Of a stretch of DNA of 64,000 nucleotides, positions 26,601-36,575 are shown one piece after another. The notes under the pieces are model-generated. The model did not search any database. It had not been told where the DNA came from and saw nothing but the letters and a program-made list of their open reading frames with translations. This DNA is from Amphiscolops sp. MND2022 (lineage: Eukaryota): positions 19,594,001 through 19,658,000 of the forward strand of contig OZ076409.1 in the NCBI GenBank assembly GCA_964187785.1. Direction: 5' to 3'. The stretch's first letter is position 1. Every line of letters starts with the position of its first letter. The translations under genes and the position numbers were made by a program.

Positions 26601-27951
26601 CGAAACGTGTCCTCGATTGTGTAGGAGCAGCAGTGATAGTAACATGGTTGCTGAGCGTGAACTGTCACAATTCGTTCGGAGGCTGATGCGTTTAGTGTAT
26701 CCTGAATCATCCATACCTGCTGAGTATGAAGTGGATTCTCTCCTGAAGCCAGTGGATCGCGATTTCTCTACAATAGACGAGAGTCTGTACCAACTGCATT
26801 TTGGTCAGTATTTCCGGTATGACGTTCGCACACAACTCCCGTTCTTCTACCGGTCAGTGCAGAAATTGTTGGGAGTGATATGCACAGAGCTTGTGGGGAC
26901 GTGGCAATGTGGAGCTATTGACCACTTCAGTCTGACTCCTTTCGATCCACTGTTGGTGCATGGTGGGTCTGATGATCGCTGTATTGATGCTTTGGTCGGA
27001 ACCTGTGCTACTCTTTCTCGTTATAATTTAATGAGCGACACCATAGCTGCGAATACCCTGAGACAATATCGGGAAGTGGCCCAATTTTTCAAAACCAAGT
27101 GGACCTTGATTGAAGGCATGCCTGCAGTGGATGATGTAATCACGATGTGGTTCTCGTATCCTTTTTGGTCTCGATGTCAAGAGTTGTTGTCAGTGCTGAA
27201 CCTATTGTTTGGACTTGCAGTTGTCGGAACTTACAACCCTAACATCAGTGATGAGTTTGGTACTGCTATGTCTGTTGATACTCAGCGTTCTAGTCTGCAT
27301 CTTGTCAGGAGTTGGTTTTCGAAGATGTTTGCGGGTCATACCCGTCAATCGCTCACTGGGCTACTACGTGTTTGTTCTACTAGTGATATGCAAGTGTCCC
27401 GATTAACAGATGAGGCGCGGTGCAGGCCTTGGGATCGGTTAATCAAATCAAGTCTGAGTGAAGCTCTCTCTTTGGGAAATGCTGTATTGTCCAATGATCT
27501 AACTACTACCTCAACTGTGCCTATTGATGATTATCGATCGAATGTCTTGGCTCAATTGGATCTTGTGGAGGTATTGAGTCCCCCACGAGCTGGACGGCGA
27601 AGCAGTCCCATTGGTGTCAGTAGTGCTAAGTCAAAAAAGAGTGCACGGGGGCAGATTGATGTGACCTTGGGCATTAGTGCGCCGTTTTCCGTTCAGACAG
27701 CCCCCAAGAAGAAGAGATCCGCCGTTAAGAATCCTAGAGGTGCGAGACGTTGTACGCCTTCAACTAGTCGTGGTGGTGTCCTTACGAGACAGTCAGTTGG
27801 GCGTAGAACAGGAGGGATTCCCCGAGGAACGAAACACTTGCAGTTAGCTAATGTTGTTGGCTCCGATGACGATTCAGCTAGTGAAGTAGTTGTGAGCGGG
27901 AGGAAACGACTGAGCCGTATTCACTTGGATTCGTCTGGATCAGGCAATTAA
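23694..27951 (+). CDS. Spliced 7-exon gene, ~1133 aa, probably derived from a hAT transposase; antisense to the retrotransposon. Exons: 23694-23949, 24154-24288, 24413-24805, 24915-25477, 25619-26107, 26243-26453, 26597-27951
   Basis: Donors GTGAGT, GTACGT, GTAAGA, GTATGT, GTGAGT and GTTAGT; T-rich AG acceptors. Intron phases 1,1,1,0,0,1 all join in frame, giving 3402 nt with no internal stop. Zinc-finger-like motif at 25025-25105 and a basic C-terminal tail (PKKKRS). Confidence 0.88.
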
Positions 27952-29523
27952 ATGTATGCGAACTTGTCTACCGTGAAACTTATTTAGAAACTGTTATCTT
28001 TTCTGTTTGTTTTTTGGTCATAATTCACTACAGTGAATTATTTGTGCTATTCCGATTCATTTTTGGTCAGTGTAGATTTGCTATTTGCTCGATGTGATTT
28101 AATTATGTTACATTTTGATTTACATTTTGTGTGACGGCCTATGATTTGGTCTACATTTAGCTGATTGGTCGGCTAGTTTGCATGTTTTTCATGTGAATTT
28201 ACATGTTGACTGTGTTATACTAATTTTTTGCGTGTGAACTTCGTTAGCTGGTTTCAAAATGTTGGAGCGATAGGCTCAGCTTTGCAAGTCATTCAAGTTC
28301 TAGTAGAGTAGTCGCCTAGGTAACTACCATTGAAAAGCTCTCACTCACCAAGTGCCATTCTCGTCACAGCGTTGTTCATGATTATGGCTTACATGTGACA
28401 GAGGTGGAAACTTGATGGGTGGGTGGAGTCGCTCAACTCCTACAGATGATTTGAACTTTTTGAGTAGCTGCTTTTATAGTGCTCTAGTTGGTTGTTTGAC
28501 AGGTGTTTACTAACTTAAGTGTCAATTTAATCTGTCAATTCTTGTCGAGTTTTACATATGTTTATTTCTCATGTAGCGTTATTCTTGACGTCGTCATCGT
28601 TGATGTGTGTCATGCGACGTCATCACTCGTGTCGTGTGTCAAGTGTTAACGTCAATTTTAATGGTAGATGGGTTTCCCCATGGCCATTAAACTTTTTGAT
28701 AAGGGGTGGTGTGTACCATACCTTGTTACGAATCTTCGGTGATGTAGTGAATATGACTGCATGTTTTTGTTGTTCTGTCCTTCCTGCCGCGAGGCGAAGC
28801 CTACGAATCAACAGTAAGAACAAAAGTGTCGTGATCTAAATTCAATGTAGAGGTGACGACTGCATTTTACTGTCCTAGGAAAGGTTTTATATGTTGTTCG
28901 TTGGATTGGGAAGGTTATTTGCCGTCGCAAAAACCCATACAAAACTAGCACCGAATCCACTTGCTAAAGAGCAAGCTTCATCTGAATGTTTGCACAACCA
29001 CACAGACGCGTTTTTGATGACGCACCCACACAGCCGAACCACATCATGATTTCAGAGGCGGAAGTGCGGGACTAGATTTTGGCGGTGTAACTTAACTAAG
29101 GCAGCTATCTCTTTTGCATGTTCGGTTGTGTGCTATTACTTTTGCTAAAATGGTTTATTTCTGTCGTCATAAGGTTGGTAAGTACAGAATTGCGAAGCAA
29201 TTCCTTTGAAAGCGTGTGGTTGGGGGGTTTCTGTGAATTGCATAATTTAGTAGCTCGATTGCATGTGTTTTACATGTACTTAATAATTTCCGGTTAACGT
29301 GATGTGGTGTGTATGACTGCATTACATGTAGTTACTTTTGCGCTCAGCTGTCTCGGTAGAGAGTAACAATTTACTCTGCCGGTAAACTCAAGTATGTCGG
29401 ACAGTGAGTATCAGTCGTCACTGAATGGCGTAAAGTAGACTAAATAATTTAAAGGTATGATTGATGCATGTGGTGTTGTAGACTACATTCAGTTGAATGT
29501 GAAAATGAAATTTTAGGAAAATT

Positions 29524-32500
29524 TTACCAAAGGCTTGTTGATTTGCGTGGCATGAATTTTAAGAGTGTGGGCTTTGCTTGCAGTTCATGAACAAGAAAGT
29601 TGTCAAACGTTTTAGGCACGGGTGCCTCGCGAAGGCTGTATCGGGTAATGCTATTTCGTGTAATTGGTTGGGGTGTTTCGGCAGATGATGCGGTCGATTC
29701 CGCATCATTATTTGGATGGCTTTGTTGCTCAGGCAGTTGATCAGAAGACGGTGTGTCCATTTCATTTGTTTGAATTTCAGCTTCAGATCGATGTGTACTG
29801 TCGGTGTGGACGGTCTCAGGTAGAGGGTTATCCAGAGATGGTACCTCATGAACCCTTTTGTGTTCGTAATAGATTGCTCCATGCTCAGAGTCGACTGTGT
29901 CAGTTTCATTTGTGTCTAGTTCTACTGTGTTTTCAGCGGGAGGTAGCGTTTCGGATGCAGGTAGATTATCGTTGAATATTGATTGATCGTCGATTGCGTC
30001 AGGATCACTATAGTATCGTGATGCATCGTCGTGTATGTCTTCGATGGGATCGTGTGGTACGAATGGGCGAAGCCGCATTCTATGTACGCACTGTGTTCGG
30101 AATGTACCAATTTTTCTGATGATATAGTTTGACTGTGACAGGACTTTAATTACCTTGTAAGGTCCTTCCCATTTGAAAGAATTGAAAGGGATTTTTTCGG
30201 ATTGCTGGCCAATTTTGGGGTTCAGTAAAAAGACAAAGTCGTTTACTTTTAAAAGTGACGCTTGCGCTTTCCTGTCATAGTGCGACTTGTATTTATGGAA
30301 AGCACGGATTATGTTGGTGTGTGTCTCTTTGAATTTCGCATTCAGGTTATCCACTAACGTCTTCGCGTCAACAGCGTTTCGAGGCGGATTGAGGGGGTTG
30401 CTGAACTTCAGATCTAGTGCATTATATGGTACTCGACCGTGGAAGACTTCAGTTGGAGAGCACTTCAGAGTCTGGTGGTAAGTCGTGTTATGTGCCATCA
30501 CAGCGAGATTGACGTATCGGTCCCATTGTGGGCGGTCCACGGAAACGTTTATTTTCAGGACTTGTTTCAAGCGTTGATGTGATCTCTCGATCATCCCAAT
30601 TGTTTGGGCATGTTTAATCGTTGCAAGGGAGACTTTGATCCCGGCTTTGTTCATCAGTTCAGTTATGACTTCGCACGTGAATGCAGAGCCTTTGTCGGTG
30701 ATATTGTGTTTCGGTACATATGCATGTTTTGTGAAAATGTCTAGTAGAGCTTTGACGACGGATTTCGTGTCAGGTTTGCGTATCGGGATAGCAAACAGAT
30801 AACGTGAAAAATAGTCACAGGCCGTCAGAATGTGTGAGTACCCATTAGATCGCGGCAACTCACCTACGAGATCGATTTCAAGAACATCCTCAGGACCGTT
30901 GCAGGGGTCATAAATTGGTTCGAGTGGAGGTATCAGAGTGTTTGGTTTTGCAGGTTTCGTTTTGATACATTCTTGGCAGTTGTTTACAAACTCTTGGACC
31001 TTTTCGGTTAAGTTTGGGACGTAGTACCTTTTCCTTAGTTCACTTAGCATTTTGGAAGCGCCAGGGTGTCCCTGCATGGGGTCGCCATGCATCGTCCTGA
31101 TTATGGCTTCCGTAGTTTCTGGAGGAACTACAATTTGTCGGTAAGCTAGTTTTCCTACGTTGTCAAAAAACTGCCTGTACAACACGTTGTTCACTACTTC
31201 AAGTCTTTTACGGTTCTTGAAAAGATTTTGGAAAAAGGTACTTGCAAAGTTCACTTGGTTCGGAGGGGTTTCCTGGACGGTAAGAATCCTAATTACACGT
31301 TGAACGTCACTGTTTTCGCCTTGAGCCTTAACAATTTCTGAAGTCCCCAAAGGGCATACCTGATTTACCATATGAACCTGGTTCCGTTGGTAGAATCGGG
31401 TGAAGAAAAGGGTCGGGTCGGAAGGCGTCACAAATGGTTGTATCTGGGACCTGATCTCACTGATGCGTCTATCGTACTGTTCCCCGTCTTCGTGGTGTTG
31501 CCGTGGGAACATTGCCAGTAGCGTTTGCATCGTCGGATTTGATGATGTGGTCGCACCAGGTACATCGTGGTCTTCTGGGATGTACTCCTCCTCGTCATCG
31601 TCTTGTTTAGGCGTTTTGGATGCCAGGTCGATTTCAACTTTAAAGACTGGTATTTCGTCGTGGAGTTTGAGGTGGATCCTGTCTTTCGGTCTAATGTCAA
31701 TTCTGGACAGGTAGTCGGCTGCTGGGTTTTCGACGCCAGGTACATGGGCCAGGACGAAGTCGAATTGGATGGCCTGGTCGCAGTAGTTCCACAGTTTCGG
31801 AGGTATTCGCTTTGACTGGAAAAATCTTGTGAGGGCTTTGTTGTCAGTCATGACAATTGTTGGCTTCTTCACTCCCCACAAGATATGAGCGAATTCGTCG
31901 AAGGCGAAGTGCATGGCCAGGAACTCTTTTGCATACATCGTGAGTGACATCTGGCCCTCAGTAAACCTTTGTGAACCAAAGGCTACTGGTGCGTATGACT
32001 TCGTTGGTCCATCATTCGTCTCGGTGTAATCCTCGATCAAGAGAACGTATCCAGCTGCATGCTCGCTAGCATCGCACATGATCACGAGCTGTTTGTCCGG
32101 AAGTGTTAGTCGCAGGGACATCTTGGCTGCATTTGCGAGGTTCTCATTGATGTCGAACATGGCATCTTTGTGGACTTGAGTTAGTTCGAATTTGACGTCT
32201 TTCTGCAGGAGTTTGTAGAGTGGTACAAGTTTTTCAGCTAGGCATGGGATGTATTGGCGGTAGAACTGGACGAATCCAATGTACCGTTGCAAGGACTTCA
32301 CAGACGTTGGTAGTTTGATGTTTTTCAAGAACTTGTCACTTTTTTCCTCGATGGGAGCAACTCCCTTGGAGGTGATGCTTCGTCCCAGAAATTCTATCTC
32401 GGGGTGTCCGAAAGCGCATTTAGCCATTGACAGTTTCAGGCCAGCTTGTCTGATTTTGATGAACACAGCCTCAATATTGTCGACGAGCTCTTCGACATTG

Positions 32501-34464
32501 TTGGCTGCAATGCCGATGTCGTCGACGTATTGGGCACATTTGTCAGCCTTGACCAAGGGGTCCAAGTACTCTCGAACAGTACTGTTGAAGGCTGATAGTG
32601 ATCGGTTCAATCCTTGGGCTAGTCTGAGGTAGGCGAACGTCCTACTTCCAAAGTTGAAAGCGAGTAACTGGACTGACTGTTCATCTGCCATCTGCAAGCA
32701 GTGATATGCTTGTGAACAGTCCAGTTTGCAGAAGTATCGCTTTCCTGCCATGTGCTGCGCTGCATCTGCCATCGTCGTCACCGGATGATTGTGTTGATTG
32801 TAGTCGTTCTTCAGTAGGTGATTGATTCTTCTCAGATCTACGAGGATTCTAAGCTTCCCATTCGGCTTGCGTTGGGCGAAGATGGGTGATGAGTACTTGC
32901 TGTACGGCAATGTTGTGATTATGCCGTACTCCTGCATCAACGCCAATTCAACGAGTAAGTCGTCCTTCAGGTTCGTCGGTGTGGGTAAGCTTTGGGCATA
33001 GACTGGTTCGTCGTGTTTAGGAGTCAACTTTATCTTGAATTCGGTGTTGATTCCTATGTCCAGTCTTTGTCTGGCGAAGATGTCATGGTACTTGACCAAT
33101 AGATCCTCAATTTGTTGCTTTTCGTGAGGGTTCAGTATTGATTGTTCCCACTGGAAGTTTGCCAGAAATTCATGCCGTTGTTCTACGCTTGTTGTTGGAT
33201 CCAGTTTCTCCTCTGCCCTGAGTTTGACGATTTCGTCATAGATTCGTTTTTCAATCCTGTTGAGTTTTGATGGGTCGTCACAAGTCTCAGGGGTAGGGTA
33301 CCATCGTCTATCTGATTTGGTAGTCGGATCCTGGAAGATTTGGTTCAAGACAGCTTCAGCATCATCTGGGTACTGTGAAATCAGGTGTAGTTGGTGATTG
33401 GTCATCGGTTGAAGGTTGTTAGCTTGCTTCGGTGTCATTATCTTGAATGATGCTACCGGTGTACCCACATTGATGGTGATTTGGTAGTCGAGTGGGTTTG
33501 TGATCTGGACATGAGTCCGCCCCTCCTGGGTCTCGCTGAGAGCCGGAGAAACCAACAGGTGTGAGCGTTTTTCGAACGCTGGTAGTCCTTCGGCAGTTCC
33601 AGTGATGTCACCTAGATCGCGTTCAATCACCACTGGGACGAACACTTGTTGGTTGGGTTGGATCACAGTCTTCTGGGTTGTCTTCAGTTCTCTTAGTTTG
33701 TTCTTGAATTTCCCGTTGACTGATCGCAGTTGGAGGGTGATGTCCGGGAATTTGACGATGTTGTTGGCCAGGTCTAGCGTAACGGAGTATTTTTTGAAGA
33801 AAGACATTCCTATAAGTACGTTCCCCATCGTCGGGAGGACCATGAATGTTTCTTCAAATATTTTGCCGCCGATGAAGAATCGAAGCAGGACTTGCTTCTT
33901 GACTGGGACGATGTTTCCGTTGGCAATCTGCACTTTGAACTCCGGGGCAGGGAGTTCCTGGAGGAGGGCGGCTGGGTGGGCTGCAAGGATGCGGCGGAGT
34001 TCCGCTTCTGAGAGAGCACTCTGGATTGCTCCCGTGTCAAGTAGGCCGAAGTTTTCGTATTCTCGGATTTGGAGTGGTACGTAGAGCATTCTGTCCTTTT
34101 TATTGAGTTGGAGGGTGGCACTCAACTGGCGTATTTCGTACTTCGGCTTCTTCTGTTGGTTTTGTGGTTTTGGCGATGTGGTTCGTTTGTCATCATTTGG
34201 TTGGTCAGGCAGTGTGCATTCTGAACTCGGCTGTTGGATGTTGTGGACTTCGGGTCTTCGCTTGGTCTCCCTTGGTTTAATGGTGTAGTTGTCAGTTGAA
34301 TGTCTTGTGATGACAAAGTTAGTAGTCTCCTTAGTATAAGTTGGAGGACGGGACTGCCACCCCGTATGGTTTCCAGTATGTAGTCGAGTCTGAGGAGTAG
34401 TTTGTTGGTGTTGGTTTAGTAGCGCACTTTTGTATGTTTGAGGAGGATGACGTGGCTTTAGAAG
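29524..34464 (-). CDS. pol: Gypsy Pol polyprotein (protease, RT, RNase H, integrase), expressed by -1 frameshift
   Basis: LDTGA; YVDD; CDAS..EFLA..TDNKAL..ADYLSR; HHCC (H-x6-H..CQEC); D,D,E (DLVG, TDKGS, IERSH); WEGPY. The frame stays open upstream of the track start (34125) as far as the slippery site. Confidence 0.97.
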   Translation of the reverse strand, partial: LLKPRHPPQTYKSALLNQHQQTTPQTRLHTGNHTGWQSRPPTYTKETTNFVITRHSTDNYTIKPRETKRRPEVHNIQQPSSECTLPDQPNDDKRTTSPKPQNQQKKPKYEIRQLSATLQLNKKDRMLYVPLQIREYENFGLLDTGAIQSALSEAELRRILAAHPAALLQELPAPEFKVQIANGNIVPVKKQVLLRFFIGGKIFEETFMVLPTMGNVLIGMSFFKKYSVTLDLANNIVKFPDITLQLRSVNGKFKNKLRELKTTQKTVIQPNQQVFVPVVIERDLGDITGTAEGLPAFEKRSHLLVSPALSETQEGRTHVQITNPLDYQITINVGTPVASFKIMTPKQANNLQPMTNHQLHLISQYPDDAEAVLNQIFQDPTTKSDRRWYPTPETCDDPSKLNRIEKRIYDEIVKLRAEEKLDPTTSVEQRHEFLANFQWEQSILNPHEKQQIEDLLVKYHDIFARQRLDIGINTEFKIKLTPKHDEPVYAQSLPTPTNLKDDLLVELALMQEYGIITTLPYSKYSSPIFAQRKPNGKLRILVDLRRINHLLKNDYNQHNHPVTTMADAAQHMAGKRYFCKLDCSQAYHCLQMADEQSVQLLAFNFGSRTFAYLRLAQGLNRSLSAFNSTVREYLDPLVKADKCAQYVDDIGIAANNVEELVDNIEAVFIKIRQAGLKLSMAKCAFGHPEIEFLGRSITSKGVAPIEEKSDKFLKNIKLPTSVKSLQRYIGFVQFYRQYIPCLAEKLVPLYKLLQKDVKFELTQVHKDAMFDINENLANAAKMSLRLTLPDKQLVIMCDASEHAAGYVLLIEDYTETNDGPTKSYAPVAFGSQRFTEGQMSLTMYAKEFLAMHFAFDEFAHILWGVKKPTIVMTDNKALTRFFQSKRIPPKLWNYCDQAIQFDFVLAHVPGVENPAADYLSRIDIRPKDRIHLKLHDEIPVFKVEIDLASKTPKQDDDEEEYIPEDHDVPGATTSSNPTMQTLLAMFPRQHHEDGEQYDRRISEIRSQIQPFVTPSDPTLFFTRFYQRNQVHMVNQVCPLGTSEIVKAQGENSDVQRVIRILTVQETPPNQVNFASTFFQNLFKNRKRLEVVNNVLYRQFFDNVGKLAYRQIVVPPETTEAIIRTMHGDPMQGHPGASKMLSELRKRYYVPNLTEKVQEFVNNCQECIKTKPAKPNTLIPPLEPIYDPCNGPEDVLEIDLVGELPRSNGYSHILTACDYFSRYLFAIPIRKPDTKSVVKALLDIFTKHAYVPKHNITDKGSAFTCEVITELMNKAGIKVSLATIKHAQTIGMIERSHQRLKQVLKINVSVDRPQWDRYVNLAVMAHNTTYHQTLKCSPTEVFHGRVPYNALDLKFSNPLNPPRNAVDAKTLVDNLNAKFKETHTNIIRAFHKYKSHYDRKAQASLLKVNDFVFLLNPKIGQQSEKIPFNSFKWEGPYKVIKVLSQSNYIIRKIGTFRTQCVHRMRLRPFVPHDPIEDIHDDASRYYSDPDAIDDQSIFNDNLPASETLPPAENTVELDTNETDTVDSEHGAIYYEHKRVHEVPSLDNPLPETVHTDSTHRSEAEIQTNEMDTPSSDQLPEQQSHPNNDAESTASSAETPQPITRNSITRYSLREAPVPKTFDNFLVHELQAKPTLLKFMPRKSTSLW

Positions 34465-34470
34465 TTTTTT
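34464..34470 (-). promoter_or_regulatory. -1 ribosomal frameshift heptamer A AAA AAC
   Basis: ccA AAA AAC ttc taa at the end of gag; the -1 frame is exactly the pol frame and is open for more than 110 codons before the protease. Confidence 0.85.
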
Positions 34471-35529
34471 GGATCTTCTACGTCATCGTGTCGTTCTGTT
34501 TCCTCTGCATTTTCGGTGTCATCGTTGGGGTTGTGGGACATCTCATTGGCATTGGCGTTGTAGACCCTGTTGTTGGTCTGTTTGAAGTCCCTTCTAAATT
34601 GTCGGTTTTCCTCGGTGGACTGCTTAGGATACGGGACGCTGCGGTAGGCTGATGTCGCCGTATTCCTATAGTAGCAATCTCGGGCGGAGTGTCCCACTTT
34701 GCCACAGATTTGGCATACAAGTTTGGCGTTGTATTTCGGCCTGATCTCTTGAGGTTGGGCTGGTTGTTGCTGGTTTTGGCCCTGGGGTTTGGTTGGTGCT
34801 TCCTCCCGGAGGCGTTTCCTGCACTCAGCCCACTTGTGACCATGTATTCCGCAGTGGCGACATTGGCCATCAAACTTTCGTTTTGTCTCCCTGGGTTGCT
34901 GGGTTTGGACGTTAGATGTCTGAGGTGTGGTTACATTCGGCTGGGGTGCGCTTATCTGATTGAATGGTTGCGCATTGGTTGTGTTAGGAATGAGCTGCGC
35001 ATATTGACATCTGCGCTGCACAAATATCCTGATCTCCTCCATCGATGCATCGTGTTTGCCTGCCATGGCCAAATCGTTTTGCATTTGGACTGGGAGTTTC
35101 GCAAATAGAAACGTCTCTGTATTATCACTTATCACTGGACTTGTCCCCAAATGCCTGCTTTGCGACCTTTTTGAACTTGTTGAGGAAGTCATTGAAGGTC
35201 TCTGCTGTAGGGTCGTAGCGCATTTGGTCAAATTTCAATGGCATCGTTGCGTAACAGGCTCTGGAAATATGTCAGTTTCTGTTCTTCTGACAATTTGTGT
35301 TGGTGTGGCCTGAGGTGGTTGAGCAGCAGGTGCTCAAACTCGTTGTACTTTTCCCGGTTTCCGCGGAATAGTGGAACTTGTGTGTGCAATATTTTTGGAT
35401 GTTGCACCGTGTCCGTCATCGTGTCCCTCAGATGATGGATTTCAGTGACAATGTCATCGTACTGCTGGGCGGATGACTGAGGGTATTGTGAGGTGGATTG
35501 TCGTGGTGGGTTCGGTAGGTAGTTGGTCG

Positions 35530-35547
35530 TTGGAACTCCTGTCACCA
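35530..35547 (-). promoter_or_regulatory. Primer binding site (tRNA-Leu-like), lying within the gag reading frame
   Basis: TGGTGACAGGAGT follows the 5' LTR end (..CGACA) with no gap; it is one mismatch from the Leu-type TGGTGTCAGGAGT. Confidence 0.7.
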
Positions 35548-36575
35548 TGTCGAAACGTGCATCAAGTTCATTTGATGTGGTAATGTTAGGGGCGTTCCCT
35601 TCTCTATCATTAGAGGATGACTTTTCATTAGACGATATTTTCTCGGTTAGAGCTAGAACTAGATTCGTCAGTTCACTTATTTGTCTGTTCATTTCCGTAA
35701 ATCTCTGATTTACGGCTTGACGTTCTGACTCGCCACTGAAATCCAACAGATTTCCATTGTCGAACTCGTTTATTTGTTCTCTCGTGAGAACTTCAGGGAC
35801 ACTACTTTCACTTTCGGTATCGCTATGTCGGTCAGGTCGGCACATGTGCGTTCGCTGGTTTTCTGCCACTTGAGATCTGGTATTGACCATTTTGAAGAGA
35901 TATTGGGTTTTTGAGGTTTTATTGAGTAATTGAGAGAATGGTTAAGTATTCTAGTGATGAAATTATATCAAACTGAGAGGTACGTATTTAGCAAACTGTT
36001 CTTCAAACTATCGCAAAATCTACTGATGGTACAATTTCACTTGGTAGCAATTATGGCGACGTTGGTCACGTGAACACATCAACCAATCACATCGCTATTT
36101 TCGTTCGCACCTTTGTTAGTAATCGCGCAATATTGTCGCAGCACCAAAATGAAATGTAGTTACGTTGCTATGGTTGCATGACTCAATTTGTATAATGATG
36201 TGGTTGCACTACTAGCATCATATATGTGAATGGTTAATGTATATAATTGTTTACAGGACTGACTGCACTGAAACGAAATCTGATGATGGCGTATCAGCCA
36301 CATTACTTTCACTTCTAATTAAAATTCACGAAATTAATTTAAATGACATACGTAACTAATGTGTGAAATATGGGGGATAATAGTAAAGTTATTTAGGGAC
36401 TGAATAGAAATGATGCTTTTTAGCAGATTCTAGTTCGAGTTTTATGATGTGGTTGACTTCACCACATTCTTTCCTTTCATCATCATCCTTTTACTGTTTG
36501 CATTTGTTTTGAGCTCAGGTATGCAGGATGGTTGACCACATCCTTGTTTGATATTTTCATGCGTCAGGCATGACA
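35548..36575 (-). repeat. 5' LTR (1028 bp), containing the gag start codon at 35890
   Basis: Direct repeat of 21732-22759; the boundary is fixed by the TSD and PBS. Confidence 0.97.

Larger units (their letters stand above)
34458..35890 (-). pseudogene. gag: gag with two CCHC knuckles, broken by a frameshift near 35232 and a 7-bp duplication at 35123-35136
   Basis: CRHCGIHGHKWAEC and CQICGKVGHSARDC. An intervening frame KFDQMRYDP...GDKSSD rejoins NTETFLFAKL if one tatcact copy is removed. Confidence 0.9.
21732..36575 (-). mobile_element. Full-length Ty3/gypsy LTR retrotransposon (14,844 bp) carrying an antisense accessory gene
   Basis: 1028-bp LTRs with TGTC...GACA ends; TSD GCAAT at 21727-21731 and 36576-36580; PBS; gag; PR-RT-RH-IN domain order. 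Confidence 0.97.

Noticed and set aside
23646..27951. Extra ORFs read as an env gene or as six separate genes
   Set aside because: They are antisense to gag-pol, show no signal peptide or TM layout, and splice into one frame with nuclear-type motifs.
29664..35708. Plus-strand ORFs overlapping gag and pol
   Set aside because: Shadow ORFs of the long minus-strand frames, with no motifs.
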